Shown piece after piece: positions 29,178 through 37,856 of a DNA stretch of 64,000 nt. The notes beneath the pieces were generated by a model. That model was not told the DNA's origin. It saw only the letters and a list, made by a program, of their open reading frames with translations, and ran no database searches. The position numbers were made by a program, and so were the translations under genes. The stretch's first letter is position 1. The number at the start of each line of letters is the position of its first letter. The stretch is taken from IMG/VR virus record IMGVR_UViG_3300024946_000002; one strand, written 5' to 3'. The stretch is from an uncultured virus (IMG/VR IMGVR_UViG_3300024946_000002) (taxonomy: Duplodnaviria; Heunggongvirae; Uroviricota; Caudoviricetes).

Positions 29178-29551
29178 GTAACCAATTTTATCTTCAAGAC
29201 AGCCGTGGATACGTTGGAAATGATGTTTTGTGGTGGGCTAAGAACGGGAATGGCTATACAACGGATTTATCAAAAGCCCATATCTACACTAAAGACGAAG
29301 CCGTAAAACAGCACGAATCACGCTATACAGATATTCCATGGCCTAAAGACTACATTGATGCAAAGACACGCCCTGCTGTTGATATGCAGTATATCAATCG
29401 AGAAGAAGCATTGAGTGGCACAGAAATAAAACTACTTAAACCACCTAAAGAAAAGAAAGACACATACAAATGTGTTGGGTGCGGAAGATTTTTAACAATC
29501 CGACAAAATTACGGCGAATGTCCTAATTGCGGTCAGGAAAACAGACCATGA
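29174..29551 (+). CDS. Hypothetical protein with C-terminal Zn ribbon
   Basis: CVGCG...CPNCG. Confidence 0.7.
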   Translation: MSNQFYLQDSRGYVGNDVLWWAKNGNGYTTDLSKAHIYTKDEAVKQHESRYTDIPWPKDYIDAKTRPAVDMQYINREEALSGTEIKLLKPPKEKKDTYKCVGCGRFLTIRQNYGECPNCGQENRP

Positions 29552-30033
29552 ATCGCGCCCAACGCCGTCAAGCAGAGCGAAACGAACGCCGTGGCATTAG
29601 CTACAGTGAACGTGTAGTGCCATTACCTGCCCTACTGGATGAATTTACCGTGTTCGATATGCCTCAGTCGATACTTGACCAAATTAGCAATGGCGCTATT
29701 GATGCAATGCAAGGCATTCCGGTATTTAGAGATAACGAAGGCGTTTGGACTGAGATCATTCCGGCACTAGAAGGCTGGATTCTCACCTGGGGAATGATTA
29801 ATGAGCAACTAGGCTTAAACATCAATTTAATGCCTCTGACTATTATCAAAAAACGCTTGCATAGCAATACACCAATCACGCGAGAAAACATTACGGCAGC
29901 ACAAGCATGCATGATTGATTGCCGCAAAGCGTTTAGATCAAGCAAACGTCAGCAAATTGTCAGTATTGCAAAAACAGCACAGACAAAAATATTGATCGAA
30001 ACAAAGTATGACCAAATCGCTCAACAAAACTAA
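29548..30033 (+). CDS. Hypothetical protein
   Basis: MNRAQRR start with ATGA overlap. Confidence 0.65.
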   Translation: MNRAQRRQAERNERRGISYSERVVPLPALLDEFTVFDMPQSILDQISNGAIDAMQGIPVFRDNEGVWTEIIPALEGWILTWGMINEQLGLNINLMPLTIIKKRLHSNTPITRENITAAQACMIDCRKAFRSSKRQQIVSIAKTAQTKILIETKYDQIAQQN

Positions 30034-30048
30034 TCGCATGGACCTTAT

Positions 30049-31869
30049 ATGATCAGACCACAAATGCTGCTTGATATTCATAACGAATTGATCGTTGACC
30101 TGTTTGCAGGTGGTGGCGGTATGTCAAAGGCAATATACATGGCACTAGGTCGCCATCCTGATATTGCGATTAACCACAATGACGATGCATTGAGTATGCA
30201 TCGCGCGAATCACCCTCAAACACGCCACTTTGTAGCAGATGTATTTGAAGTTTGCCCAGATTCTGTAGTACATGGCCGCCCAGTTGGACACCTTCACGCA
30301 AGCCCAGATTGTACGCATCATAGCCAAGCGGCAGGCGGTCAACCTCGTAATGAAAAACGCCGTGCATTGTCATGGGTAGTTGTTCGCTGGGCTGGTCAAG
30401 TAAAGCCTCGTGTCATTACGCTTGAGAATGTTAAGCAGGTTCAAAAATGGGGTCCATTGATTGCTAAGCGTGATAGTGCAACTGGTCGCGTGATTACTTT
30501 AGACAAGTTAACTGATGCCAATGGCAAGGTTACTAACCGCATTGCTGCACCTGGTGAAGTTGTGCCGCGCGAAAAGCAATATCTAATTCCAGACCCTAAG
30601 CGTGCAGGCCAAACTTGGCAACGTTTTATCAAAATGCTTAACAACATGGGCTATGACGTTAAATGCCAAAACCTTGTTGCAGCTGATTACGGTGCCGGCA
30701 CTACACGCGACAGATTATTTATGCATGCGCGTAATGATGGACAGCAAGTAAGATTCCCTGCGCCTACGCACTTTAAAAATCCTAAGCGCGGTCAGAAGCG
30801 TTGGAGCGCTGCGCACGAACACATTGATTTCAGCATTGAATCGCAATCTATATTTGACCGCAAGAAGCCGTTAGCAGAGGCCACAATGCGCCGCATTGCT
30901 AAAGGCATGATGAAGTACGTTATCAATAATGCTGATCCGTTCATCGTTCAAGTAACACAAAGCAGCTCAAACGGTATTCATGACATTAATCAACCATTGA
31001 ACACGATTACCACAGCAAAAGGCGGTGAATTTGCCTTAGCAACACCGGTGTTGGTGCAAACAGGTTACGGAGAGCGTGAAGGTCAATCTCCAAGAGTAAT
31101 GGATATTGGTTCGCCAGTTGGCACAATTGTTGGTACAGGCAAGCATGCATTAGCAATGGCACACCTGCAGCAATACTACGGCGATAAAACTGAATCAGGT
31201 AACGATAGAAGCTCTGGCTTAAAAGGTTCATTGCCTACGATCACTACAGAGAATCGTCATGCATTAGTCACAACGTTTCTTGCTCAATACAACAACACTG
31301 GCAACGGTCAACCAAACCTTGGCCATGATGTACGTGAGCCTGTAAGTACCATCATTTCACAAAGAACTGTTCAAGGCCTTGTTTCTGCCAGCCTACTTGA
31401 GCTTAGAAAGAACGTAGTAGGTTCAGACCTTAACGATCCTATTTCAACGGTTACAACTAGCGGCGCACATCACGCATTGCTTGAATATGAGTTAAGCGAA
31501 GATGTGATTACCGAGAAAGCCTTACGTGTATCAGCTTTCTTAATGAGCTACTACGGCACTGACAACATGAGCAGCGTTAATGAGCCTGTTCCAACTATTA
31601 CCACTAAAGACCGCTTGGCCTTAGTCACAGTTATTTATCAAGGCATGCCGTATCTGATTGTTGATATTAAGTTACGCATGCTTAAGCCTAAAGAGCTTTA
31701 TTCAGCGCAAGGCTTTGATAAGGACTACAAATTCACACATGGCCATGATGGCCGCGCCTTTACCGTAGCAGAGCAAGTTCGCATGGTTGGCAATAGCGTT
31801 TCACCTTATCCGGGCGCTGCGTTAGTTGCAGTTTGCCATGAGGGTGATGAGATGAGATTGGTCGCGTAA
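30049..31869 (+). CDS. DNA cytosine-5 methyltransferase
   Basis: DLFAGGGG, SPDC, ENV, RDRLF and C-terminal GNSV motifs. Confidence 0.93.
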   Translation: MIRPQMLLDIHNELIVDLFAGGGGMSKAIYMALGRHPDIAINHNDDALSMHRANHPQTRHFVADVFEVCPDSVVHGRPVGHLHASPDCTHHSQAAGGQPRNEKRRALSWVVVRWAGQVKPRVITLENVKQVQKWGPLIAKRDSATGRVITLDKLTDANGKVTNRIAAPGEVVPREKQYLIPDPKRAGQTWQRFIKMLNNMGYDVKCQNLVAADYGAGTTRDRLFMHARNDGQQVRFPAPTHFKNPKRGQKRWSAAHEHIDFSIESQSIFDRKKPLAEATMRRIAKGMMKYVINNADPFIVQVTQSSSNGIHDINQPLNTITTAKGGEFALATPVLVQTGYGEREGQSPRVMDIGSPVGTIVGTGKHALAMAHLQQYYGDKTESGNDRSSGLKGSLPTITTENRHALVTTFLAQYNNTGNGQPNLGHDVREPVSTIISQRTVQGLVSASLLELRKNVVGSDLNDPISTVTTSGAHHALLEYELSEDVITEKALRVSAFLMSYYGTDNMSSVNEPVPTITTKDRLALVTVIYQGMPYLIVDIKLRMLKPKELYSAQGFDKDYKFTHGHDGRAFTVAEQVRMVGNSVSPYPGAALVAVCHEGDEMRLVA

Positions 31870-32063
31870 TGGTTAATCCGCACGAAATGCAAAACCCTAC
31901 CGAACTTGGTATAGCGATTGATGTTGTTCTGCGTGCTGCTAAAGAGCATCAAACACTATCAATGGTCATGAACCAGATTGCAGAAAAGCCACGTAAGACC
32001 AAAGAGCAGAGATTGGCTAAGTCTTGTGTGATGTTTTTTTGGAGAGTATGTGATGGAACATAA
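31869..32063 (+). CDS. Hypothetical protein
   Basis: 64-aa ORF coupled to both neighbours. Confidence 0.5.
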   Translation: MVNPHEMQNPTELGIAIDVVLRAAKEHQTLSMVMNQIAEKPRKTKEQRLAKSCVMFFWRVCDGT

Positions 32064-33021
32064 CATTTCCAGCATATCAGGCGGTAAAGATAGTACAGCA
32101 TTACTTTTACTTGCTATAGAGCGCCAGCCAGAAGGCTTGCAAGCTGTATTTGCCGATACTGGCAACGAGCATCAAATTACTTATGACTACATCAAATATC
32201 TACAGGACAACGTGTTTCCTATACGTGTCGTTAAGGCTGATTTTACAAAGCAAATTGCTCATAAGAAAGAGTACATTTTAACCAAATGGAAAGAAAAAGG
32301 CGTAAGCCAAGAGGCTATTGATCGTGCATCAAACGCGATGACCCCAACAGGCAACCCCTTTTTAGATTTATGCCTTTGGAAAGGCAGGTTCCCATCTAGT
32401 AAGGCTGCATTTTGCTCAGAAGAGTTAAAGCGTAACCCAATTATTAACCAAGTACAAAACCCATTGCTTGATTCTGGTGATGATGTAATTAGTTGGCAGG
32501 GTGTAAGGCGTGATGAATCTATAAGACGCGCTAATTTACCAGAGAATGAATTGAAGTCTGTAGGTAAAAATGGTGCTGAACTATGGAATTACAGACCAAT
32601 TTTAGATTGGACTGCAGAAGATTGTTTTGCGATGCACAGAAAGCACAACGTAAAACACAATCCACTGTATGAAATGGGCATGGGGCGTGTTGGGTGCATG
32701 CCTTGCATTAACTGCCGTAAAGACGAATTGCTAGAAATAAGCAAACGATTCCCAGAGGTTATTGAGCGAATTAAAGATTGGGAATTAGCTGTTAAGTTGG
32801 CTAGTAAACGCGGCGCGTCAACATTCTTCCCAGCGCCAAACAAATCAATGCTCCATTTAACAGAAGAGCAAAAGCATGAATGGTCTGCAATGCAAACAAT
32901 TGACAAAGTTGTGCAGTGGTCACAAACAAGTAAAGGTGGCAAGCAGTTTGACTTGTTAAGAGTTGGCGATATTCAAGGTGAAGCCGTTATGTGCACTTCA
33001 ATTTATGGGTTATGCGAATGA
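32050..33021 (+). CDS. PAPS reductase family protein
   Basis: PP-loop SGGKDS, ADTGNEH, FCSEELK, GVRRDES and RVGCMPC. Confidence 0.9.
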   Translation: MMEHNISSISGGKDSTALLLLAIERQPEGLQAVFADTGNEHQITYDYIKYLQDNVFPIRVVKADFTKQIAHKKEYILTKWKEKGVSQEAIDRASNAMTPTGNPFLDLCLWKGRFPSSKAAFCSEELKRNPIINQVQNPLLDSGDDVISWQGVRRDESIRRANLPENELKSVGKNGAELWNYRPILDWTAEDCFAMHRKHNVKHNPLYEMGMGRVGCMPCINCRKDELLEISKRFPEVIERIKDWELAVKLASKRGASTFFPAPNKSMLHLTEEQKHEWSAMQTIDKVVQWSQTSKGGKQFDLLRVGDIQGEAVMCTSIYGLCE

Positions 33022-33161
33022 GCGACTTCACCATAACCAAACGCGCTGATGTAGATATGTCAGAAACGCACAAAAAGGTAAATCATGAATCTAGCAGTAT
33101 CGAAAATGAAAAAGTTCTAGTGTCCTAAGAAAATAAACCAAAGATAAAAGTTACTTTATAA

Positions 33162-33449
33162 ATGTTCAAGTACGTCACCATCTCTAAGTTTTGCAATGAA
33201 ACTGGCTACACAGAGGATGCTGTTCGTACTAAAATCCGTGATGGTGTCTGGCTTGAAAATAAAGTGTGGGTAAAAGCGCAAGACAATAGAATACTAATGA
33301 GTGTTGAAGGATTTAACGAATGGGCAGAGATGGGAATGGTATCCGCAAGGCGTCAGAAACGAGCTACGAACTCGCCTTTACCTATCAAGGCGTCAGGTGC
33401 CGCGAAAGAATCAAGCTCAAGCCCTCCCCCGCTAATGATCGCCGCGTAA
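33162..33449 (+). CDS. Excisionase-like protein
   Basis: KYVTISKFCNETGYTEDAVRTKIRDGVW; overlaps the integrase start. Confidence 0.78.
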   Translation: MFKYVTISKFCNETGYTEDAVRTKIRDGVWLENKVWVKAQDNRILMSVEGFNEWAEMGMVSARRQKRATNSPLPIKASGAAKESSSSPPPLMIAA

Positions 33450-34492
33450 GCAATCACCTTGGTGCCATACTCGACTCTATCGAGAAAGGCACATTCAACT
33501 ACAGCGTAACTTTCCCCGATTCAAAACGCCGCTTCTTATTCATAGAGACGCCAGGCGAAGCTATCAAGATTGAAACCTATCTGGATGACTGGCTTGAAGC
33601 CCAAGAAAAACAGCTCAAGTCATCCACTTACAACGACTACAGAAAAACCGTCAACCATCTCATTATTCCGCAATTCAAAGGCAAGCTATTGCCTGAGATT
33701 AAACGCATCGATGTAAAAAACTGGGTTAAAGAAATGAGCTGCAGTAATAAGCGCATATCCAACATTCTGAGCACATTTAGAATAGCGCTACAGGATGCCG
33801 TTGATGATGAATTAATTGAAACCAACCCACTTTATGGCTGGAGCTACGAAAATAAAGAGGCTCCAAAAAAAGAAAGTGACGTGCAGCCATTTAGCCAGGA
33901 AGAGCAAGAGGCAATACTAAGCGTCCTAGATGGGCAAGCCAGAAACATGGTGCAGTTCTTTTTCTGGACTGGGCTGCGGACTAGCGAGCTAGTTGCACTG
34001 GATTGGACTGACATTGACTGGAAGCGTGGCAGCATATTTATTACTAAAGCCATGACGCAGGCATCAAAAAACATAGCTGAGATACCAAAGACAAATGCCG
34101 GCAATCGTGAAGTGAAACTCTTAGCGCCAGCAATGCAAGCTCTTTTAGATCAAAAGCAATACACCTACCTTAAAAACGCTGAAATATTTCAGAGTCCACG
34201 CTCAGCAGAACGCTGGACTGGTGACCAAGCAATTAGAAAAAATATTTGGGTTAGCGCATTGAAGCTTGCAAAAGTGAGATACAGAAGACCATATCAAACC
34301 AGACATACATACGCCAGCATGATGTTAACAGCTGGTGAATCTATCGCTTGGCTTGCTCAACAAATGGGCCATTCAGACTGGGGAATGTTACGGAAAATTT
34401 ACGCAAAATATATCAGCGATTCTATTCCTGAAGCTGGCAATAAAGCCGTTGAAATGTTCACCGAAAAAGCTGTCAAAAAAGCTGTCATTTAA
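33320..34492 (+). CDS. int: Tyrosine integrase
   Basis: TGLRTSEL, K, YQTRHTYA, QMGH and Y catalytic motifs; N-terminal arm-binding domain. Confidence 0.95.
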   Translation: MGRDGNGIRKASETSYELAFTYQGVRCRERIKLKPSPANDRRVSNHLGAILDSIEKGTFNYSVTFPDSKRRFLFIETPGEAIKIETYLDDWLEAQEKQLKSSTYNDYRKTVNHLIIPQFKGKLLPEIKRIDVKNWVKEMSCSNKRISNILSTFRIALQDAVDDELIETNPLYGWSYENKEAPKKESDVQPFSQEEQEAILSVLDGQARNMVQFFFWTGLRTSELVALDWTDIDWKRGSIFITKAMTQASKNIAEIPKTNAGNREVKLLAPAMQALLDQKQYTYLKNAEIFQSPRSAERWTGDQAIRKNIWVSALKLAKVRYRRPYQTRHTYASMMLTAGESIAWLAQQMGHSDWGMLRKIYAKYISDSIPEAGNKAVEMFTEKAVKKAVI

Positions 34493-34685
34493 GTGGTAAA
34501 TCAACCCCAAACCACCCCAAATACTGGCATTAAAATGACAGCTTTTAACAAGACATAAAACACTTAACTTACTGATTTTTATAACTTTTTACTACTAAAA
34601 AAATGGTGGAGCAGGCGGGAATCGAACCTACGTAAAGCCACGCCTAGCTTAGCTAAATTAAAAATACTGGCAAAAAGCTGTCATT
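34464..34685. repeat. Arm-type site repeats AAAAGCTGTCA around the att core
   Basis: Copies near 34465 and 34477, inverted near 34536, and near 34673 on the far side of the core. Confidence 0.75.
34604..34633 (-). other. att core: 3' fragment of tmRNA (or tRNA)
   Basis: Minus strand ACGTAGGTTCGATTCCCGCCTGCTCCACCA; T-loop and CCA intact, T-stem 5' arm mismatched, no upstream gene body. Confidence 0.8.
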
Positions 34686-34923
34686 CACGTATTTTTTCAT
34701 CTAAGCTAAATTTCAGGAATCAAACCACCGTCCTTTGTTTTATTTTGATTTTCTGTCAAAAATATATCTATAACCAATAATTGCTAAAAAATAATTAAAA
34801 AGAACCTCTCGGAAAAAAGATTTTTATTATTTTCTACTAACCCCAAAGCCATAGCTGGCAATGTGTTGAAATTTGGCAAGTGGGATTTGCACTTTTAAAC
34901 AAAAATATTTATCGAAAAACAGC

Positions 34924-34952
34924 TTGACCTACCACTACATAATGATTTTAAT
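34924..34952 (+). promoter_or_regulatory. Sigma70-type promoter of the accessory locus
   Basis: TTGACC-N17-TTTAAT. Confidence 0.62.
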
Positions 34953-34958
34953 TGATAC

Positions 34959-35140
34959 TAATCGCAATATGTAGTGGCTGATTGTGATTGCGGCCCAATC
35001 TTTTCTGAGGAGATTGAGCCGCTGGGAGGTGGGAATTTACCCCCGAGGAATCGCTACTATAATCTGAACAGATTGTAGAAGCAACGGATAAATTTCCATC
35101 TCCTTTAGTTACTATTTTTTAAAACTAATGGAGAATTACC
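34959..35140 (+). ncRNA. Structured leader RNA / candidate cis-regulatory switch
   Basis: Three hairpins with G-U pairs favouring the plus strand; an alternative stem covers the SD of the next ORF. Confidence 0.6.
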
Positions 35141-35284
35141 ATGGCTAATAAGTCACAAAAAAATGAACATACCAGTTCTAAAGTAGCATCAAAAGCATCT
35201 GCAATATTAAGAGATCCTAAATCAACAGCAGCTGAAAAATCTGTAGCTGGGTCTGCTTTAACTCAAGCAAAAAACAAGAAGTAA
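35141..35284 (+). CDS. 47-aa basic Ser/Ala/Lys-rich protein (below ORF-track cutoff)
   Basis: MANKSQKNEHTSSKVASKASAILRDPKSTAAEKSVAGSALTQAKNKK; GGAGA SD. Confidence 0.8.
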   Translation: MANKSQKNEHTSSKVASKASAILRDPKSTAAEKSVAGSALTQAKNKK

Positions 35285-35289
35285 TCACA

Positions 35290-35316
35290 AGGGGCTTCGG
35301 CCCCTATTAATTTTTC
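35290..35316 (+). terminator. UUCG hairpin, probable terminator
   Basis: AGGGGC-TTCG-GCCCCT then an AT/T-rich tract. Confidence 0.62.
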
Positions 35317-35331
35317 TTAAGGGAAACAGCT

Positions 35332-35775
35332 ATGAATTTAGACTTTGACGCTACATATGAAATACAGGACGCATCTCAAAGATATTTAGATATAAAAAAT
35401 ATCTTTAAAAAATTTGCAGATAGTCTGGTATCACAAACATCAAACAATACGGGCTTTGTTGGATTAACAATTGAACCAAAACTTAACGAAGATCATATCT
35501 TAGCTAGCATTGGTCAAATTAAAATCAGATGTCAATTAGTCACTTATTTATCGATAGATAATCGACTTGAAGGATTAATTGTATTTTTAAGAGAACATCT
35601 TGTCGATAGAGATGAGTTAATAAAATTAGGCTCAATTAATTTCAACCAGAATGGAGATCTTGATTGCAATCTAAAAAATAGCACAAGAGTTTGCAACCTT
35701 TATAGCCAAGCTGAATTTGTTCTTATGCATTACTTCAAAATAGCATTATCTATTGATGTAGATAAGCTAATCTAA
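35332..35775 (+). CDS. Hypothetical AT-rich accessory protein
   Basis: 147-aa ORF with AAGGGA RBS, convergent on the lysis genes. Confidence 0.7.
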   Translation: MNLDFDATYEIQDASQRYLDIKNIFKKFADSLVSQTSNNTGFVGLTIEPKLNEDHILASIGQIKIRCQLVTYLSIDNRLEGLIVFLREHLVDRDELIKLGSINFNQNGDLDCNLKNSTRVCNLYSQAEFVLMHYFKIALSIDVDKLI

Positions 35776-35843
35776 AACAAAGTTTTAAACTCTTCAGCAT
35801 TGTAAAATTTAACAAGGCTGGAGAGCTTTATTAAATATCAAAA

Positions 35844-36419
35844 TTATTCACCGCACTGGTGATTACTACAAACACCATCAATCCAACCACGTGCCAGATT
35901 AAAGTCTGCAGTTGTTACTGCGCACGCCTCTTCGATAACTGATCTTTCAGTATCGGCTCGGTCAAGCTCTCGCCTGCAGCTGGCAAGTCTTTCGGTATCG
36001 CTGGCAATTTCGCCTGTGGTGTTGCGACTACCTGCTTCGAGCAACATGCGGTCAGCATAAGAAGCAATCCTAAAATCAGCATTGGTTTTGTTAGCATATA
36101 AACTACTCACTTTCTTTTGAAGTTGTGCCCTATCAATATCTAAGGCAGCAATGATTGATTTGTACTTATTAATTTCAAGCCCCACAGCCTTTTTCGTATT
36201 AGCCTCTATGATCTGATTCTTTTGCGCCTGCAATTCAGCTTCTTGTTTTACTAGGCCGATATACTCTTTGAAATCCTGCTTTTCATTCTCATAGGCGCTT
36301 TTGTAATGCCAGATTGCCAGCAGCATGAGTACCACCAGCACAATGCGCCAGTGCGTGATTAGTAGCTTGGATAGAGATTTAAACTTACCTAGTAACCATA
36401 AACCCAATTTAATCATCAT
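35844..36419 (-). CDS. Rz-like inner-membrane spanin
   Basis: N-terminal TM then coiled coil; follows the endolysin. Confidence 0.75.
   Translation of the reverse strand: MMIKLGLWLLGKFKSLSKLLITHWRIVLVVLMLLAIWHYKSAYENEKQDFKEYIGLVKQEAELQAQKNQIIEANTKKAVGLEINKYKSIIAALDIDRAQLQKKVSSLYANKTNADFRIASYADRMLLEAGSRNTTGEIASDTERLASCRRELDRADTERSVIEEACAVTTADFNLARGWIDGVCSNHQCGE
35915..36097 (-). CDS. Rz1-like outer-membrane lipoprotein embedded in the Rz-like gene
   Basis: LILGLLLMLTAC lipobox and Pro-rich mature part in an alternative frame. Confidence 0.65.
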   Translation of the reverse strand: MLTKPMLILGLLLMLTACCSKQVVATPQAKLPAIPKDLPAAGESLTEPILKDQLSKRRAQ

Positions 36420-36884
36420 TTAGCGCACCATGTTTTCTGCAATACGTTTAGCCCAGCCACGGCTATAAGTTGGCCATGTTGGCAAGCTAGTCATAAACAA
36501 AAGCCTTGTACCGTTATATTTCATAGATAGAAGATGACCATCTATTTTCATGGCCATAGAAAGCGTTACGTTACCAACCACTCCATCAGCTACAACATCA
36601 AGCGCGCGCTGCAACCATAAAATCGCCTGCTTAACACCTGAGTTTACTGCTGCATCAAACACATCAAATCGCACAGCTTCAGGTAAATCATCACAACGGC
36701 ATCTATCCCAATAATCACGTTTATAGATTAGCTTTGCACCATCCAGTGTTAAATTTTTAATATCAACCGCTGGATATGCACGCTTACTAATTCCGTATTT
36801 AGTTTCACCACCAGGATCTCTCGGATCGTTAACATAACCACCTTCATGAACAATCAGCTTTTTAAACGCATCTTCAAAATTCAT
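36420..36884 (-). CDS. Endolysin, glycoside hydrolase family 108
   Basis: HEGGYVNDPRDPGGETKYGI; LQRAL..VADG peptidoglycan-binding segment. Confidence 0.93.
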   Translation of the reverse strand: MNFEDAFKKLIVHEGGYVNDPRDPGGETKYGISKRAYPAVDIKNLTLDGAKLIYKRDYWDRCRCDDLPEAVRFDVFDAAVNSGVKQAILWLQRALDVVADGVVGNVTLSMAMKIDGHLLSMKYNGTRLLFMTSLPTWPTYSRGWAKRIAENMVR

Positions 36885-37111
36885 TACGCCCTACTTTCTG
36901 AATAAACCTTAAATATAAAACCCTGCAATACTGATATAGGCGCTGTAACTGCTGCGATAATTAAAGCTACATCAGCACCTGTTTTATCAGTAGTGGTTGC
37001 AAATACTGCCGCCCAATTAAATGCTTCCCAAGTCATCCAAACGGTTACATAAAGAACAAATGAGCGAACCGAAATGAAGTTCTTTGCATCAGCCCATTTG
37101 ATGAAATTCAT
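36884..37111 (-). CDS. Putative holin
   Basis: 75 aa, two TM segments, directly upstream of the endolysin. Confidence 0.6.
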   Translation of the reverse strand: MNFIKWADAKNFISVRSFVLYVTVWMTWEAFNWAAVFATTTDKTGADVALIIAAVTAPISVLQGFIFKVYSESRA

Positions 37112-37392
37112 TTTGTACCTCTAGGCACATATAGATCAGCTCTAACTCTCTCTATTTTGTTGTCAACCTGATCAACTTTAGTATCAACTTTTTCTATACT
37201 TGTTCTTAATGATTGCATCTCAGTCTTGATCACCTCTACTGAGATATACATGGCGAACCCACCTGCAACCACCGACATAATCGCTGTTTCCACCAACCGA
37301 ACCGACACAGGCGATTGGATCTTAGGATTTTTCGCAATTAGCCCCAAAAATGGTATGTAGCTAAGTATTGAATGGCAGCTTTGATCGGGCAT
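37108..37392 (-). CDS. Membrane protein (holin/antiholin-like)
   Basis: One TM segment plus coiled coil within the lysis cassette. Confidence 0.5.
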   Translation of the reverse strand: MPDQSCHSILSYIPFLGLIAKNPKIQSPVSVRLVETAIMSVVAGGFAMYISVEVIKTEMQSLRTSIEKVDTKVDQVDNKIERVRADLYVPRGTK

Positions 37393-37412
37393 GTCTAAAA
37401 CCTTTCTTATTT

Positions 37413-37856
37413 TTATTTAATTTTTGTTTTCTCAAAATTCAGCGATAACAAATGCTGAGGTGTAATACGATGGTGATACTTACTATCAAACGGCCTTTGA
37501 CCACCTGCTGCTAGAATGCTGGCCACCAACTCAGCACACGACCATTTATCATCTTCCTGCCAGTTTCGCTTTAGCCCGATACCAATCACACCGAGCCAAT
37601 CGTATTGCTTACCAAGCTGGCCAATCGCAAACGCCTCTGATACATCCAGCTCTTTCACTGGGATATGCATCATCACGGCCTTAGATGACTTTGCTAACCT
37701 ATCGTTAACCTTACCAAGTACAACGCCCTCCCCTGCAATTGCACCGATAAGCAAATTTTCATCAAGCACCAAGTCAACATGGCTATACTCTGACCAGGTA
37801 ATAAACCTGATCAACCATGAGCCAAGATGCCGCCTACGGCTGAATAAGAGCTTCAT
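37413..37856 (-). CDS. Permuted papain-like NlpC/P60 (YiiX/YebB-type) protein
   Basis: YSHV before GKQYD...WSCAELV (His precedes Cys). Confidence 0.78.
   Translation of the reverse strand: MKLLFSRRRHLGSWLIRFITWSEYSHVDLVLDENLLIGAIAGEGVVLGKVNDRLAKSSKAVMMHIPVKELDVSEAFAIGQLGKQYDWLGVIGIGLKRNWQEDDKWSCAELVASILAAGGQRPFDSKYHHRITPQHLLSLNFEKTKIK

Larger units (their letters stand above)
1..34690. mobile_element. Temperate lambdoid siphovirus (phage A); may extend to 40108 if it owns the lysis/receptor module
   Basis: Complete ordered tail, head, packaging, replication, immunity and Xis/Int genes ending at an att core; no lysis genes within 1-34.6 kb. Confidence 0.92.

Noticed and set aside
34604..34633. 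Complete tRNA or tmRNA gene
   Set aside because: Only the 3' 30 nt are present, the T-stem is broken and no gene body lies upstream
34959..35140. Retron msr-msd
   Set aside because: Long hairpin present, but no adjacent reverse transcriptase and no clear a1/a2 terminal repeats
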